Counted from the first letter of the stretch, positions 10,143-20,480 are shown. The stretch: DNA of 52,074 bases from Desulfurococcales archaeon (GCA_015521295.1 WAOL01000079.1:1-52074), one strand, 5' to 3'. A program made the numbers and translations. The notes: a model not told the origin generated them from the letters alone.

Positions 10143-10313
10143 ATGGCTGAGAGGCACAAACTCTATGAGTACGACTATAGCACGGGAAAGATAAGGCTGA
10201 AGAATAAGGTATGCCCTAAGTGCGGGCGCGTAATGGCGTTTCATAAGCACCCGGTGCCAAGGTGGCACTGTGGTTACTGCGGCTACGTTGAGTACGTAAG
10301 GAAGGGTGGTTAG
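10143..10313 (+). CDS. rps27ae: 30S ribosomal protein S27ae (56 aa; absent from ORF track)
   Basis: Manual translation MAERHKLYEYDYSTGKIRLKNKVCPKCGRVMAFHKHPVPRWHCGYCGYVEYVRKGG; C4 zinc ribbon in canonical position after rps24e. Confidence 0.95.
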   Translation: MAERHKLYEYDYSTGKIRLKNKVCPKCGRVMAFHKHPVPRWHCGYCGYVEYVRKGG

Positions 10314-10322
10314 GGTCAGTAA

Positions 10323-11333
10323 ATGATAATTCTAGGCATTGAATCAACGGCCCATACATTCGGTGTGGGTATAGTTAAGGACGAGCCTGAGTACATACTA
10401 GCTGACGTTAGAGCCAAGTACGTGCCAGAGAAAGGCGGCATACATCCCCGGGAAGCGTCTCTCTACTTTATGCGTGAGGCCCCAAGGGTTATTGCGGAAG
10501 CCCTGCAAACTGCTGGGCTCCGCATGAATGACGTTGATGGTATCGCAGTGGCGTTAGGGCCCGGGATGGGTCCCTGCTTAAGGGTTGGGGCCACTATTGC
10601 CAGGGCATTATCCGTGTATTTTAACAAGCCGTTAATACCGGTTAACCACGCGGTAGCGCATATTGAGATAGGTAAGTTGATAACGGGGGCGAAAGACCCC
10701 CTAATAGTTTACCTATCCGGAGGGAACACAATTATAGCGGCATTCGTTGCCGGGCGCTACAGGATCTTCGGAGAGACCCTTGACATACCGCTCGGTAACT
10801 TCATGGACACGTTCGTTAGGGAGGTTGGCTTAGCCCCGCCATACGTTGTCAAGGGCATGCATCAACTGGATAAGTGCGCCGAGGAAAGCAAAGAGAAGAA
10901 AATACTGAACCTACCGTACGTTGTTAAGGGTCAAGACGTGTCGTTCTCAGGCCTACTAACAGCTGCATTAAGGCTAGTTAGGTCAGGGAAGGCGAAGCTC
11001 GAGGACGTATGCTACACTGTCCGTGAGATAGCGTACTCAGCGATCATAGAAGTCAGCGAGCGCGGATTAGCACATACCGGAAAGAAGGAGGTGCTTCTCG
11101 TGGGCGGGGTAGCAGCTAGTAGCGTACTACGCTCCAAGTTCGAGGCCATGGCGGCGTTAAGGAGGGTTGATGTCAAGGTAGTACCTCCTAAGTACGCCGG
11201 AGATAATGGCGTCATGATAGCATGGACAGGCTTACTGGCACTCAAGCATGGGGTAACCATAGAGCCTGAACGCGCGTATGTTAGGCAGAGGTGGAAGCTT
11301 GACCAAGCCGATGTACCGTGGGGAGACCCCTAA
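10323..11333 (+). CDS. kae1: KEOPS t6A synthase Kae1
   Basis: [34 protein letters not shown]. Confidence 0.97.
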   Translation: MIILGIESTAHTFGVGIVKDEPEYILADVRAKYVPEKGGIHPREASLYFMREAPRVIAEALQTAGLRMNDVDGIAVALGPGMGPCLRVGATIARALSVYFNKPLIPVNHAVAHIEIGKLITGAKDPLIVYLSGGNTIIAAFVAGRYRIFGETLDIPLGNFMDTFVREVGLAPPYVVKGMHQLDKCAEESKEKKILNLPYVVKGQDVSFSGLLTAALRLVRSGKAKLEDVCYTVREIAYSAIIEVSERGLAHTGKKEVLLVGGVAASSVLRSKFEAMAALRRVDVKVVPPKYAGDNGVMIAWTGLLALKHGVTIEPERAYVRQRWKLDQADVPWGDP

Positions 11334-11976
11334 AATAATTGCATTAGGTGCGGAAGCCGCGTTAATCAAGCACACGTTCCTCGGGATGCCCGCAGTCTAC
11401 AAGGTTAGGTTACCGAAGCCCTACAGAGACCCCAAACTAGACCTAAGGCTAAGATCCGAAAGAACCGCTACTGAAGCTAAGATAATACATGACCTAAGAC
11501 TAGCAGGTTTACCGGTCCCAGCCCTTTACTACGTCTCCTTAAGCGAAGGCCTGATAGTTATGGAGTACGTGGAAGGAGATTTGCTGCGCGACCTCATAAA
11601 CCGGCGGATAAGCGGGTACGTAGACCTCGTACGGGAGCTCGGCAAGGTGATTGCATTAATGCATGGGTTAGGAGTAGTTCATGGAGACATGACTACCTCC
11701 AATGTCGTCGTCAGGGAAGGCACGCCTTACGTGATAGATTTTGGACTGGCTAAGTACAGCAGCGAGTTGGAGGACGTCGGCGTGGACGTGCATCTCTTCA
11801 TACGTGCTGTCGAGAGCACACACTATGACGTGATGGAGGAGGTAACTATAGCGTTCTTCGAGGGCTACGCAAGCATCGCGGGTGAAGAGAGGGTCAAGGA
11901 AATAAAAGAGAAGGTGAAGGAAATAAGGCTAAGGGGCAGATACGTTGAGGAAAGAAGGCAGAAACGAAATAAGTGA
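11278..11976 (+). CDS. bud32: KEOPS kinase Bud32 (true start probably ATG 11311)
   Basis: [26 protein letters not shown]. Confidence 0.95.
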   Translation: MLGRGGSLTKPMYRGETPKIIALGAEAALIKHTFLGMPAVYKVRLPKPYRDPKLDLRLRSERTATEAKIIHDLRLAGLPVPALYYVSLSEGLIVMEYVEGDLLRDLINRRISGYVDLVRELGKVIALMHGLGVVHGDMTTSNVVVREGTPYVIDFGLAKYSSELEDVGVDVHLFIRAVESTHYDVMEEVTIAFFEGYASIAGEERVKEIKEKVKEIRLRGRYVEERRQKRNK

Positions 11977-12562
11977 ACCCGCAAGTAAGCCAGTAATCCA
12001 CGTGCTTACGCAGAATGAGGGTAAGTTCCGGGAATTCCTCGAACTCGGTAAAGAACATGGAGTTGTACTGAAGCAGCTTCCCTCACCTAAGGTTGAGGTA
12101 CAGCTCAGGAGCTTAGAGGATATAGCAACGTATGCAGCATCAGTCGCATTAGTAGAGTGGGGAGTCCCACTATTTGTGGAGGACGCCGGACTCTTCATTG
12201 AGGCGCTAAATGGTTTCCCCGGCCCCTACAGTAGCTATGTATACAAGACCCTAGGCATCGACGGGATACTAAAATTGATGAAGGGCGTGAAGAACAGGAG
12301 AGCTTACTTCAAGTCAGTGATAGCGTTAGCAATCCCCGGAGAGGGCATTAGGATCTTCACAGGAATTGCGAGAGGGAGCATAGCGTTAGAAGCGCGGGGT
12401 ACTGGCGGCTTCGGGTTCGACCCCATCTTCATTGCTGAAGGAATGGAGAGAACGTTCGCTGAGTTAAGCATTAGTGAGAAGAATAAGCTCTCACATAGGG
12501 GTAAGGCCTTCGCATCCATGGTTGAGTGGTTGCGAACAGCTTTTAAAAGCCGGATTTCCTAA
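11945..12562 (+). CDS. rdgB: XTP/dITP diphosphatase (RdgB/HAM1)
   Basis: TQNEGKFRE, EDAGL..FPGPYS, GFGFDPIF, KNKLSHR. Confidence 0.95.
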   Translation: MRKEGRNEISEPASKPVIHVLTQNEGKFREFLELGKEHGVVLKQLPSPKVEVQLRSLEDIATYAASVALVEWGVPLFVEDAGLFIEALNGFPGPYSSYVYKTLGIDGILKLMKGVKNRRAYFKSVIALAIPGEGIRIFTGIARGSIALEARGTGGFGFDPIFIAEGMERTFAELSISEKNKLSHRGKAFASMVEWLRTAFKSRIS

Positions 12563-12582
12563 GGTGTAGGGGAGAGAGCGTC

Positions 12583-13068
12583 ATGAACAGAGGCAAGGAG
12601 AAAGGTCAGTCACACTCAACGAGGCCGCCCTCAACGGTGGCGCCCAAATGGATACAGTACTCTCCCGAGGAGATAGAGCTAATAATTGTTGAGCTAGCCA
12701 AGAAGGGATACCCACCCTCAATGATAGGTATAATACTGAGGGATCAGTACGGTGTCCCCCTAGTGAAGTCGGTACTAGGTGTGAAGCTTCAGAAAGTCCT
12801 CCAGAAGTACGGTATAAAGCTGGCGATACCGGAGGACCTTTACAACCTAATGAAGAGGGCGGTTAACCTCCGACGCCACCTAGAGGAGCACCCCAAAGAC
12901 ACGCACTCACAGAGAGGTTTAATCGAGATCGAGTCAAAAATCCACAGGCTTGTCAAGTACTACAAGAGGAAGGGTATCCTACCGCCTGATTGGAAGTACA
13001 GGCCTGACCAAGCGAAGATACTGGTCTCTCGTCCCTTAGTAATAGTCCCCGAAGAAACCGCGGAGTAA
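12583..13068 (+). CDS. rps15: 30S ribosomal protein S15/S13e
   Basis: GQSHSTRP, IGIILRDQYGVP, ESKIHRLVKYYK. Confidence 0.98.
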   Translation: MNRGKEKGQSHSTRPPSTVAPKWIQYSPEEIELIIVELAKKGYPPSMIGIILRDQYGVPLVKSVLGVKLQKVLQKYGIKLAIPEDLYNLMKRAVNLRRHLEEHPKDTHSQRGLIEIESKIHRLVKYYKRKGILPPDWKYRPDQAKILVSRPLVIVPEETAE

Positions 13069-13152
13069 AGTAAACCCAACCTTTACATTACCTCCAGCCT
13101 TTACTTTTAGGAGAACGTGTTTACGAGGAGTTATTAAACCATAATCCCCTAT

Positions 13153-14316
13153 TTGACGGGGACGATTTTAGTGCCATTCACGTTTGAGGGTGTTAATGTA
13201 GAGGAAGTCTTCAGGAGAACCGTGTCAAAGGCTCGGACCGACAGGCGCGTAGTAAGGATAGTTATGGCGCATGAACCCGAAGCAGCGGTTACAGCTGGGC
13301 TCCTTGCTAAGGTGCTCAGAGCAAGTGATGTGGAGTTCGAATTCATTACGGATCTGTTTAAGCCTGTTCTCGACGATGCGCAAGTGATTGGAGTGAATAT
13401 GCCAGTAAACCTCTTCGAGGGAAGCGTACTCTTTCAGTCATCAACCTCTACGGTATTCACTAGGGTAGGCTTCAACTACATCTTTAAGTACGCGTCACTT
13501 GCTCTTGGCGTGCTTGATTTGGTTAGTGAATTCGAACTAATAACGAAGGACTTCAAGCTAACCCTAGCTGCCGCTGTACTAGCAGGACACACACCGCGTC
13601 TAGAGAAGGGGGGACTGAACAGTAAGGAGGAGGAATTAATGAATAGGCTGAAAGATGACGGACTAATAGACGTGGTGGAGGGCCCGCCAATAATGGGCTG
13701 GAACAGCGTGGGGCCCGGGAAGGCCGTTAGGACGAGTATTGATGTGCTAGTGCCATCGTTATTCCTCAAAAATGAGCCAAAGGAGGTAAGGCCCGAGGAA
13801 ATTGCGTCGGAACTCGGCATTAAGCCCGAGGAGTTCAAGGACAGGGAATACGTCGTGAAGACGCAGTGGGTTGCTAAGGACTTAATGCTCGCGGCGTACG
13901 CACTAGACTGGATGAGTGACGCAGCAGGGGTGGAGTCCGTAGCCCTATCGATGCTTAACCAATCCTACATCAGGTGGGGTGTAGCTGGGTTACTCTCAAG
14001 CCTCCCAGACTTAAGGAGGATCATCAACAGCCTACCTGAGTACAGGAGAGTGAGGCTCGGTGACCAAACCTGGGTAATTGTAGACGACGTTAACCCACGG
14101 AGATTCTCCGCAGTGGTTGCTTGGAAAGCATTGAGAAGTTCAAAGTTAGTTAAAGATCCTAAGGAGGTGCTGGCGCTCGAACACAATAACGAGTACTTCG
14201 TATCCGCACGTGCCCTCCCACAGACCGCGAGGATTAAGCTAGCGGAACGCGGGATCCCGGTCACTGGCGGCTATTATGTGGTTAAGGATCTAAGGGAAAT
14301 TCAGTCAAGCATATGA
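13153..14316 (+). CDS. Divergent, probably inactive DHH/RecJ-family protein
   Basis: Occupies the conserved rps15-DHH-pcc1-rps3ae slot; AHEPEAAVTAGLLAKVL resembles a decayed HxDADG motif; no DHH tripeptide. Confidence 0.55.
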   Translation: MTGTILVPFTFEGVNVEEVFRRTVSKARTDRRVVRIVMAHEPEAAVTAGLLAKVLRASDVEFEFITDLFKPVLDDAQVIGVNMPVNLFEGSVLFQSSTSTVFTRVGFNYIFKYASLALGVLDLVSEFELITKDFKLTLAAAVLAGHTPRLEKGGLNSKEEELMNRLKDDGLIDVVEGPPIMGWNSVGPGKAVRTSIDVLVPSLFLKNEPKEVRPEEIASELGIKPEEFKDREYVVKTQWVAKDLMLAAYALDWMSDAAGVESVALSMLNQSYIRWGVAGLLSSLPDLRRIINSLPEYRRVRLGDQTWVIVDDVNPRRFSAVVAWKALRSSKLVKDPKEVLALEHNNEYFVSARALPQTARIKLAERGIPVTGGYYVVKDLREIQSSI

Positions 14317-14317
14317 G

Positions 14318-14581
14318 GTGAGTATAGTGGTTTATGCGGCGCTACGTATACCAATACCTAAACATGAGGCTGAAGCCATCCACAAGGCCATAAAGCCGGA
14401 TGATGAATGCCCCCCTAAGGGGTTCGAGATAAGGTCACAAGCGACTGGGGACTCACTAATGTATGAGGTTCGGTTTAAGTACGGTAATCCCTCAATGCTA
14501 CTGACGTTGCTTTCAGTGCTTGACGAGGTCTCGAGGATCGCGGAAATGATTCACGACATGATCGCATGCTTGGATAGATAA
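14318..14581 (+). CDS. pcc1: KEOPS subunit Pcc1-like
   Basis: AEAIHKAIKPDD...LLTLLSVLDEV; position before rps3ae. Confidence 0.75.
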   Translation: MSIVVYAALRIPIPKHEAEAIHKAIKPDDECPPKGFEIRSQATGDSLMYEVRFKYGNPSMLLTLLSVLDEVSRIAEMIHDMIACLDR

Positions 14582-14629
14582 TGAATTCTTATAAACCCCG
14601 CACACACATCTTGTGTAGGTTCGGGCGTC

Positions 14630-15253
14630 ATGTCGAGAGTAGCGATAAAGGATAAGTGGAAGCTCAAGAAGTGGTACCGCGTCCTTGCACCACCCCTATT
14701 TGAGAGTGTGCAGATAGGTACTACTCCAGCCGATAAGGACTGGAAGTTACTTGGTAGGGTCTTTGAGGTCACGTTATTCGACCTCACAGGAGACTTCAGC
14801 AAGCACCACATCCACCTATACTTCCAGGTGTACGACGTTAAGGACGATGTCGCGTACACTAGGTTCAAGGGACATGAGCTGGCTAGGGACTACATGAAAT
14901 CAATAATCAGAAGGAAGTCCAGCAAGATCGCGGCGATAGTGGACGTCCAGACTAAGGACGGCTACGTCCTCAGGGTGCAGGGCGTTGCCTTAACTGCCTA
15001 CAGGTGCAAGACCAGCCAAAAGAAAGCAATACGCAAGGAAATGGTGAGAATCCTAAAGGAGAGAGCGGCTGAAATGACGTTGGATGAGTACATAAAGGCC
15101 ATGATATTCGGCCAGCTAGCCAACGAAATATTCGAAGCAGGAAAGAAGATATACCCACTACGCAAGACTGAGATCTACAAATCGAAGCTCCTCTACATAC
15201 CCACGCCAGAGGGACTCAAGAAGGCAGTCATCGTAGTAACGCCACCGCACTAA
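14630..15253 (+). CDS. rps3ae: 30S ribosomal protein S3Ae
   Basis: DKWKLKKWY, GHELARDY, KIYPLRKTEI. Confidence 0.97.
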   Translation: MSRVAIKDKWKLKKWYRVLAPPLFESVQIGTTPADKDWKLLGRVFEVTLFDLTGDFSKHHIHLYFQVYDVKDDVAYTRFKGHELARDYMKSIIRRKSSKIAAIVDVQTKDGYVLRVQGVALTAYRCKTSQKKAIRKEMVRILKERAAEMTLDEYIKAMIFGQLANEIFEAGKKIYPLRKTEIYKSKLLYIPTPEGLKKAVIVVTPPH

Positions 15254-15341
15254 GGATCAACCCCGCAGCCACCCACTCGCTTTTCTTCAGCCCCAACCCG
15301 GGTCCTCGGTTAGCTTAATAGACACCAACGCAGACTTACTC

Positions 15342-16640
15342 TTGGTATGCTCAATGCCTGACGCTGTGATACTAGCAGCCGGTTACGGGAAAGGACTTGA
15401 ACCAATAACGCATACCAGGCATAAGGTTCTCGTGCCAGTACTTGATAAAACACTCCTCGAGCATAACGTTAAGTCCCTTGTCAGAGCAGGTGTTAAGTCA
15501 ATAGTGATCGTAGTGAATTACCTTAAGGAACAGGTAGTTAAGGAGGCATCTAGGCTCGCTAAAGTGTATGATGCTGAGTTAAGGGTTGTAGATCAAGGCG
15601 AGCCGTTGGGGACGGGACACGCGCTACTGAAGGCACTCTCGAGCATATCAACTGAGGACTTCATAGTGCTTTACGGCGACGTCTACGTGGAACCTGAGGA
15701 TGTAGCTAAGGTCATAAGCGGAGGAAAGCCAGCCATTGCGGGTTACGGTGTGGAGGACCCCAAACGCTACGGAGTACTAATAACTGACGGCGGCATCCTT
15801 AGGGAGATAATCGAGAAGCCCGAAACCCCTCCCAGCAACCTAGTCAACGCTGGCCTATACTACCTGGACAGGAGGATCGAGAAATACCTTGAGAACCTCC
15901 CATTGAGCTCGCGGGGCGAGTACGAGTTAACGGACGCTATCAACTCATACTGTTCCGAGGTAAGTGTTCAGGTCGTGGAACTCTCATACTGGCTCGATAT
16001 CGGGAGACCATGGAAACTCCTTGACCTCTCAAAACACTTACTCCGACGCATAGAGGGTCAGACAATCTTAGGGCATGTCGAGGGAGGGGTCAGGATCCGC
16101 GGACCCGTGGTAATTGAGGAAGGTGCTGAGGTACTCTCAGGGACGTACATCTGGGGGCCAGCCTACATAGGCAGGGAAGCGGTAGTTGGTCCAAACGCCT
16201 TCATAAGACCGTACTCGGTCGTGTTGCGCGGTGCTCGGGTGGGCTTCAACGTCGAGGTTAAGGCAAGCATAGTGATGGAGGACGCACATGCCGCGCATCA
16301 AGCATACATAGGGGATTCCGTGGTCTGCGAACACGCGAACTTAGGTGCAGGGACGATACTTGCTAACCTCCGCTTCGATGACGGCAACGTCAAGTATAGG
16401 GTGAAGGGGGTTGTGGAGGACACGGGTAGGAGGAAGTTAGGGGCGATAATAGGCGGCTATGTCAAGACAGGTGTGAACGTGTCAACCGTGCCTGGAGTTA
16501 AGATAGGGGCTTACTCCTGGATAAACCCTGGTGTCACGGTCTATAGGGACGTCCCTCCATGCACTCACGTAATATCTGAGAACGAGAGTAGGCCCGTGAA
16601 AGGAGAGTGCTGTGTAGATCTCAGCGTCTGGAGGCCCTAG
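15342..16640 (+). CDS. glmU: Bifunctional sugar-1-phosphate nucleotidyltransferase/acetyltransferase (archaeal GlmU-like)
   Basis: ILAAGYGKGLEP, GEYELTD, hexapeptide repeats, ANLRFD. Confidence 0.88.
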   Translation: MVCSMPDAVILAAGYGKGLEPITHTRHKVLVPVLDKTLLEHNVKSLVRAGVKSIVIVVNYLKEQVVKEASRLAKVYDAELRVVDQGEPLGTGHALLKALSSISTEDFIVLYGDVYVEPEDVAKVISGGKPAIAGYGVEDPKRYGVLITDGGILREIIEKPETPPSNLVNAGLYYLDRRIEKYLENLPLSSRGEYELTDAINSYCSEVSVQVVELSYWLDIGRPWKLLDLSKHLLRRIEGQTILGHVEGGVRIRGPVVIEEGAEVLSGTYIWGPAYIGREAVVGPNAFIRPYSVVLRGARVGFNVEVKASIVMEDAHAAHQAYIGDSVVCEHANLGAGTILANLRFDDGNVKYRVKGVVEDTGRRKLGAIIGGYVKTGVNVSTVPGVKIGAYSWINPGVTVYRDVPPCTHVISENESRPVKGECCVDLSVWRP

Positions 16641-17853
16641 CTGAAACCACCTTAACGACGTCACCGTCGCTCAATACGTACGAACCTCCAACTCTCTTAT
16701 TCTCCTTCGCTAGTATGGCGTAGAGGAAGCCCTTGCCCAGATCTGTGTGTATTAGGTACGCGAGTTCCTGAGCTGTCGTCCCTTTCCTAACTAGGTACGC
16801 GTCCGGCAACACGTTCCCGTACCCGTCCGTGTACTTGTGCGGGTCCTCGACTGGATAGACAACGATCATCTGCAGAACCTCGAAGACAGCCTTGTTTATG
16901 GCTTGCTGAACCCCCGTACCGCCGTACTTACGCATAAAGCCCCGTATGATTTCGAGGGCCTTTAACTGCTTCGGGTTCAACTTCGATTCGTCAATGATTT
17001 TGAAGTCAGGGTCGCCGGGGAGGTACTCTATTAGCCCGGCTTTCTCGGCTTTCCTGAGCGCTAGCTCGAAGACAGCGCTCGTAGGCACGATTACCCTGCC
17101 CTTAAGCTCCTTCGATGCGCGCCTGAAGTTATCCTCAGCTTCCGGGATGTCCATCTTATTAGCTATGACAACGATCGGCTTAGCTATCTCCCTTAACCTC
17201 GTCATGAATGACCTTAACTCGTCCTCACTCCACGTGCTCGGCTTCTTACTTTCGAGACCAACTTCGCGCAGGGCTAGGGCTACGTGCTCACGGCGGATGG
17301 AGAGCCCAGACACTCTCTTAGCTATGGAGTCAATTACCTGGTCGAGCGGGAGATTATCTAATCCCCTAGCGAACCTCTCCCAATCTCTCCTGATTATGTT
17401 GTAGAACCACTCGTTAATCTCGAACTCAATGTTCCTTATATCTTCTAACGGGTCATGAGTACCCGGCCTCACGGGATTACCCTCCTCATCGGTCGACCCA
17501 GCCATGTCGACTACGTGTAGCAGTACGTCAGCCTGTCTTAGGTCGTCCATGAATTTATTCCCAAGTCCCCTACCCTTATGCGCGTCCCTGACAAGGCCAG
17601 CAACATCCATCAACTTAACCGGGATGAACCTCTCGCCTCTCACGCATAGTGAGTTACGAGGATTGCAGCCGGGGAGACCTAGGTCAACATGAGCGCATCT
17701 CCTCCTAACGTACCCTACACCTATGTTCGGCTCTATCGTTACGAAGGGTCTATTCTCTATCCTAGCAGGAACCATCGTTGCCGCTTCGAAGAACGTTGAC
17801 TTACCTACGTTCGTTTTACCCACGACACCAACTAACGGCGGTGACGGCGGCAC
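16621..17853 (-). CDS. ychF: Obg-family ATPase/GTPase YchF
   Basis: GKTNVGKST, PFVTIEPN, DVAGL, NKMD, C-terminal TGS domain. Confidence 0.94.
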   Translation of the reverse strand: MPPSPPLVGVVGKTNVGKSTFFEAATMVPARIENRPFVTIEPNIGVGYVRRRCAHVDLGLPGCNPRNSLCVRGERFIPVKLMDVAGLVRDAHKGRGLGNKFMDDLRQADVLLHVVDMAGSTDEEGNPVRPGTHDPLEDIRNIEFEINEWFYNIIRRDWERFARGLDNLPLDQVIDSIAKRVSGLSIRREHVALALREVGLESKKPSTWSEDELRSFMTRLREIAKPIVVIANKMDIPEAEDNFRRASKELKGRVIVPTSAVFELALRKAEKAGLIEYLPGDPDFKIIDESKLNPKQLKALEIIRGFMRKYGGTGVQQAINKAVFEVLQMIVVYPVEDPHKYTDGYGNVLPDAYLVRKGTTAQELAYLIHTDLGKGFLYAILAKENKRVGGSYVLSDGDVVKVVSARASRR

Positions 17854-17967
17854 CTCGTGAACCCATTACCTCATTGTGGTCGCTACTTAAATAGTGGTTG
17901 TGTTAACGTGTTGGGGGAGGAAATAACTTATAACCTCCATACTTAAAGAGTGTAGCAGGCTAGGAAG

Positions 17968-18648
17968 GTGTCAGTCATGGCGAAGTCCGCGTACCACTAC
18001 ATCGCGGAGCTCTGGAAGAGGCCCTACGAGGGCGAAATGCTCCAGATAATGAGAGCTAGGTTCATAAAGTGGAGGAGGCAACCTGCGATAGTTCGCGTCG
18101 AGCACCCCACGAGGCTCGACAGGGCTAGGGCAATAGGCTACAAGGCAAAGCAGGGATTCGTGGTCGTTAGGGTCCGTGTAAGGAAGGGCGGCATGAGGAA
18201 GCAGAGACCGCGCTCAGGCAGGAGGCCGAAGCGCATGGGTGTTTACGGCTTCGCTCCCGCTAAGTCAATACAGCTAATAGCTGAGGAGAGAGCTGCTAGG
18301 AAGTACCCCAACCTCGAGGTGCTGGGCTCATACTACGTAGGGGAGGACGGTCTCTACAAGTACTACGAAGTAATACTAGTTGATCCGGCCCACCCAGTGA
18401 TAAAGGCAGACAAGGACATCAACTGGATAACACAGCCATCGCAGAAAGGACGCGTCTTCAGAGGAAAGACAGCCGCCGGCAGGAGGATGAGGGGCTTACT
18501 GAAGAGCAGAGGGCTAAGAGGAACCCACAAGTGGAAGTGGAAGAAGAAGGCTAAGGAGAGGAAGCTGAAGAAGAGGCACGAGGCGTCAAGAGGCGCCAGG
18601 TTAATAGTTCCTGAGGACCTAGCGAAGGAGTTAGGTATTGAGAAGTAA
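17968..18648 (+). CDS. rpl15e: 50S ribosomal protein L15e
   Basis: [32 protein letters not shown]. Confidence 0.98.
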   Translation: MSVMAKSAYHYIAELWKRPYEGEMLQIMRARFIKWRRQPAIVRVEHPTRLDRARAIGYKAKQGFVVVRVRVRKGGMRKQRPRSGRRPKRMGVYGFAPAKSIQLIAEERAARKYPNLEVLGSYYVGEDGLYKYYEVILVDPAHPVIKADKDINWITQPSQKGRVFRGKTAAGRRMRGLLKSRGLRGTHKWKWKKKAKERKLKKRHEASRGARLIVPEDLAKELGIEK

Positions 18649-19135
18649 GGATAGACCAGGGATGAAGGCATCACCTAATGTCAGGGTAAGTAGGTTATCG
18701 TTAAGCGTTTTCTATCACTCCACAGAAAACCCTGCTAAGGTCAGAAAGGCTGTTTTGAACCTAATCCCTCCTGAACTCCGAGAAAGGGTAAGTATGGATG
18801 AAGTAGTGACTCAGGGGCATTACGGCAACGAGATAGGGATAATTACGGTCACGCTAAAAGGGAAGAACGCTTTCAAAACACTGAAATTCATAGTCTGCTC
18901 TATGGAACGCGTGGACAGGAACATACTAGTAGCTACCGTAAGCAACCGCGCTGGTCATAGGCCCTCCCACCTATACTTCAGAGTCAGCAAGCAGGAAGCT
19001 TACTTAGGTAAGGTTGAGCTAATGGACGGTGACGACGTGATTAAAGTCTCCGTAACAGTGAATGGTGTGAGGTCCGTGGGTCAGCTGAAGCGGTTCCTCG
19101 AGGTGCTAACTAGTGAGTGCATTAACTCTCGTTGA
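18638..19135 (+). CDS. DUF54-type RNA-binding protein (exosome superoperon)
   Basis: [26 protein letters not shown]; position between rpl15e and rpp30. Confidence 0.85.
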   Translation: MRSKDRPGMKASPNVRVSRLSLSVFYHSTENPAKVRKAVLNLIPPELRERVSMDEVVTQGHYGNEIGIITVTLKGKNAFKTLKFIVCSMERVDRNILVATVSNRAGHRPSHLYFRVSKQEAYLGKVELMDGDDVIKVSVTVNGVRSVGQLKRFLEVLTSECINSR

Positions 19136-19724
19136 CGTGGCCTTCATGGGAGATACCAGCCCCGAGGAAATAGCTAAGGCGGCGCGGCTCATGGGCTTCA
19201 AAGCTGTCGCTGTTGATGGATTGAGAGACTACCTGAGAGTTAACGGGGTTTCCTTAATCCCAAGGCACACCTTCACCGACCCGAACGAGGGTATGTTACC
19301 TAGGGGTAACGTACTCCGTGTCTTCAGGTGCGTGGATCCCGAGGCGTTTAAACTCACCAACAGAGTGATGACGTACGCTCACGCCGTGGAGCTGGGTGGT
19401 AAGATGCTTGGTAGGCTCGGCAGGAAGAACGCCAAGAAATTAGCTAATACCGCAATCCCGGTAATAATTAGGGCTAGCGAGGTGTACGACGCGTTGGTTC
19501 GTGGGAGGAGCTTATCTGGCCTGGCGACGCTACTTAAACTCTACGAAGCCGGAAAGATTATGCTGAGCATGGGTTCAGGTGCCAAGGTACTTGAGGAGGT
19601 AAGGCACGGAATAACGCTAATCGCCCTCCTCACGACCCTGGGTTTAAGTGAGGCTAAGGCGTTAGCAGCCCTCACAACGAACCCCAAAACACTGGTGGAG
19701 CGTGCAGGGTATGTCATTAAGTGA
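19113..19724 (+). CDS. Divergent RNase P protein Rpp30 (Rnp3)-like
   Basis: Synteny DUF54-rpp30-pop5; ARLMGFKAVAV, SMGSGA..EVR, LGLSEAKALAALTTNP. Confidence 0.65.
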   Translation: MSALTLVDVAFMGDTSPEEIAKAARLMGFKAVAVDGLRDYLRVNGVSLIPRHTFTDPNEGMLPRGNVLRVFRCVDPEAFKLTNRVMTYAHAVELGGKMLGRLGRKNAKKLANTAIPVIIRASEVYDALVRGRSLSGLATLLKLYEAGKIMLSMGSGAKVLEEVRHGITLIALLTTLGLSEAKALAALTTNPKTLVERAGYVIK

Positions 19725-20238
19725 AGGGCAACTAGCAATCATCCTAGCACTCACGTCACTGATACTCTCGGTTGTTTCCCTCATTGTAGTTGCCTTTCTT
19801 TACAGGCATTACAGAGCCGTTAACTCCAAAGTAACGCTCCTAGCATCAGCTCTAGGCAGTAGGACGGTTAAGGCATACGTGAAGACGGTGGAGGCCAGAG
19901 AAGAAAGAAGGGAGCGCAGGAGGTACTTGATAGTTAGGCTCGTATACTCTGGCAAGTTAAGTAAGGCGGAACTGGAATCACTCCTACTCAACGCTTACGG
20001 AAAGCTCTACGGGTCTAGCAGATCATCAACAGCGGGACTCAAAGTAATGGATCTAGATGAGAGAACGGGTACAGCCACAATTAGGTTCAAGGCTCCACGA
20101 AAGTGGGAAGTACTAGCCGCTTTAGGTGCCGTGGAGAATCTGAGTGAAGGTAGGGTGGTAGTAATTCCATTGAGGGTTTCAGGGACCTTAAGGAAAGCTA
20201 AGGAGTATGTAAGGAGACTGACACGTTCGGTGAAGTAG
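19702..20238 (+). CDS. rnp2: RNase P protein Pop5 (Rnp2) with N-terminal transmembrane helix (start probably ATG 19711)
   Basis: RRRYLIVRL, LYG, PLRVSGTLRKAK; N-terminal LAIILALTSLILSVVSLIVVAFLY. Confidence 0.82.
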   Translation: MQGMSLSEGQLAIILALTSLILSVVSLIVVAFLYRHYRAVNSKVTLLASALGSRTVKAYVKTVEAREERRERRRYLIVRLVYSGKLSKAELESLLLNAYGKLYGSSRSSTAGLKVMDLDERTGTATIRFKAPRKWEVLAALGAVENLSEGRVVVIPLRVSGTLRKAKEYVRRLTRSVK

Positions 20239-20273
20239 GTTTCATGCCGAATTAAATACAGAACTTAAGTTAA

Positions 20274-20344
20274 GTGGCGGTCAGATCGTCGCGAGGCATT
20301 CATCCCTGCCCAATCCTTTTGGAGCGGCATCATCATTCCACCAC
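20274..20344 (-). ncRNA. C/D box sRNA A
   Basis: Minus strand GTGGTGGa-ATGATGA-tgccgctccaaa-AGGA(D')-ttgggca-GGGATGA(C')-atgcctcgcgacgat-CTGA-CCGCCAC; 7-bp terminal stem; TTATTAA about 20 nt upstream. Confidence 0.8.
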
Positions 20345-20424
20345 GTACTAAGTTACTATCTTAATAAGGTTGGTACCTTCACCTCCATGAGTAACGTTAT
20401 TAGGTGAGTAAACCTTTAGCCATA

Positions 20425-20480
20425 GTGAATGATGGCACCGTCAGTGGCTGAAACGTGATGAGTGGGACCCTCTCTGACAC
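20425..20480 (+). ncRNA. C/D box sRNA B
   Basis: GTGa-ATGATGG-caccgtcagtgg-CTGA-aac-GTGATGA-gtgggaccctct-CTGA-CAC; two 12-nt guides, terminal stem, TTATTA near 20397. Confidence 0.9.
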
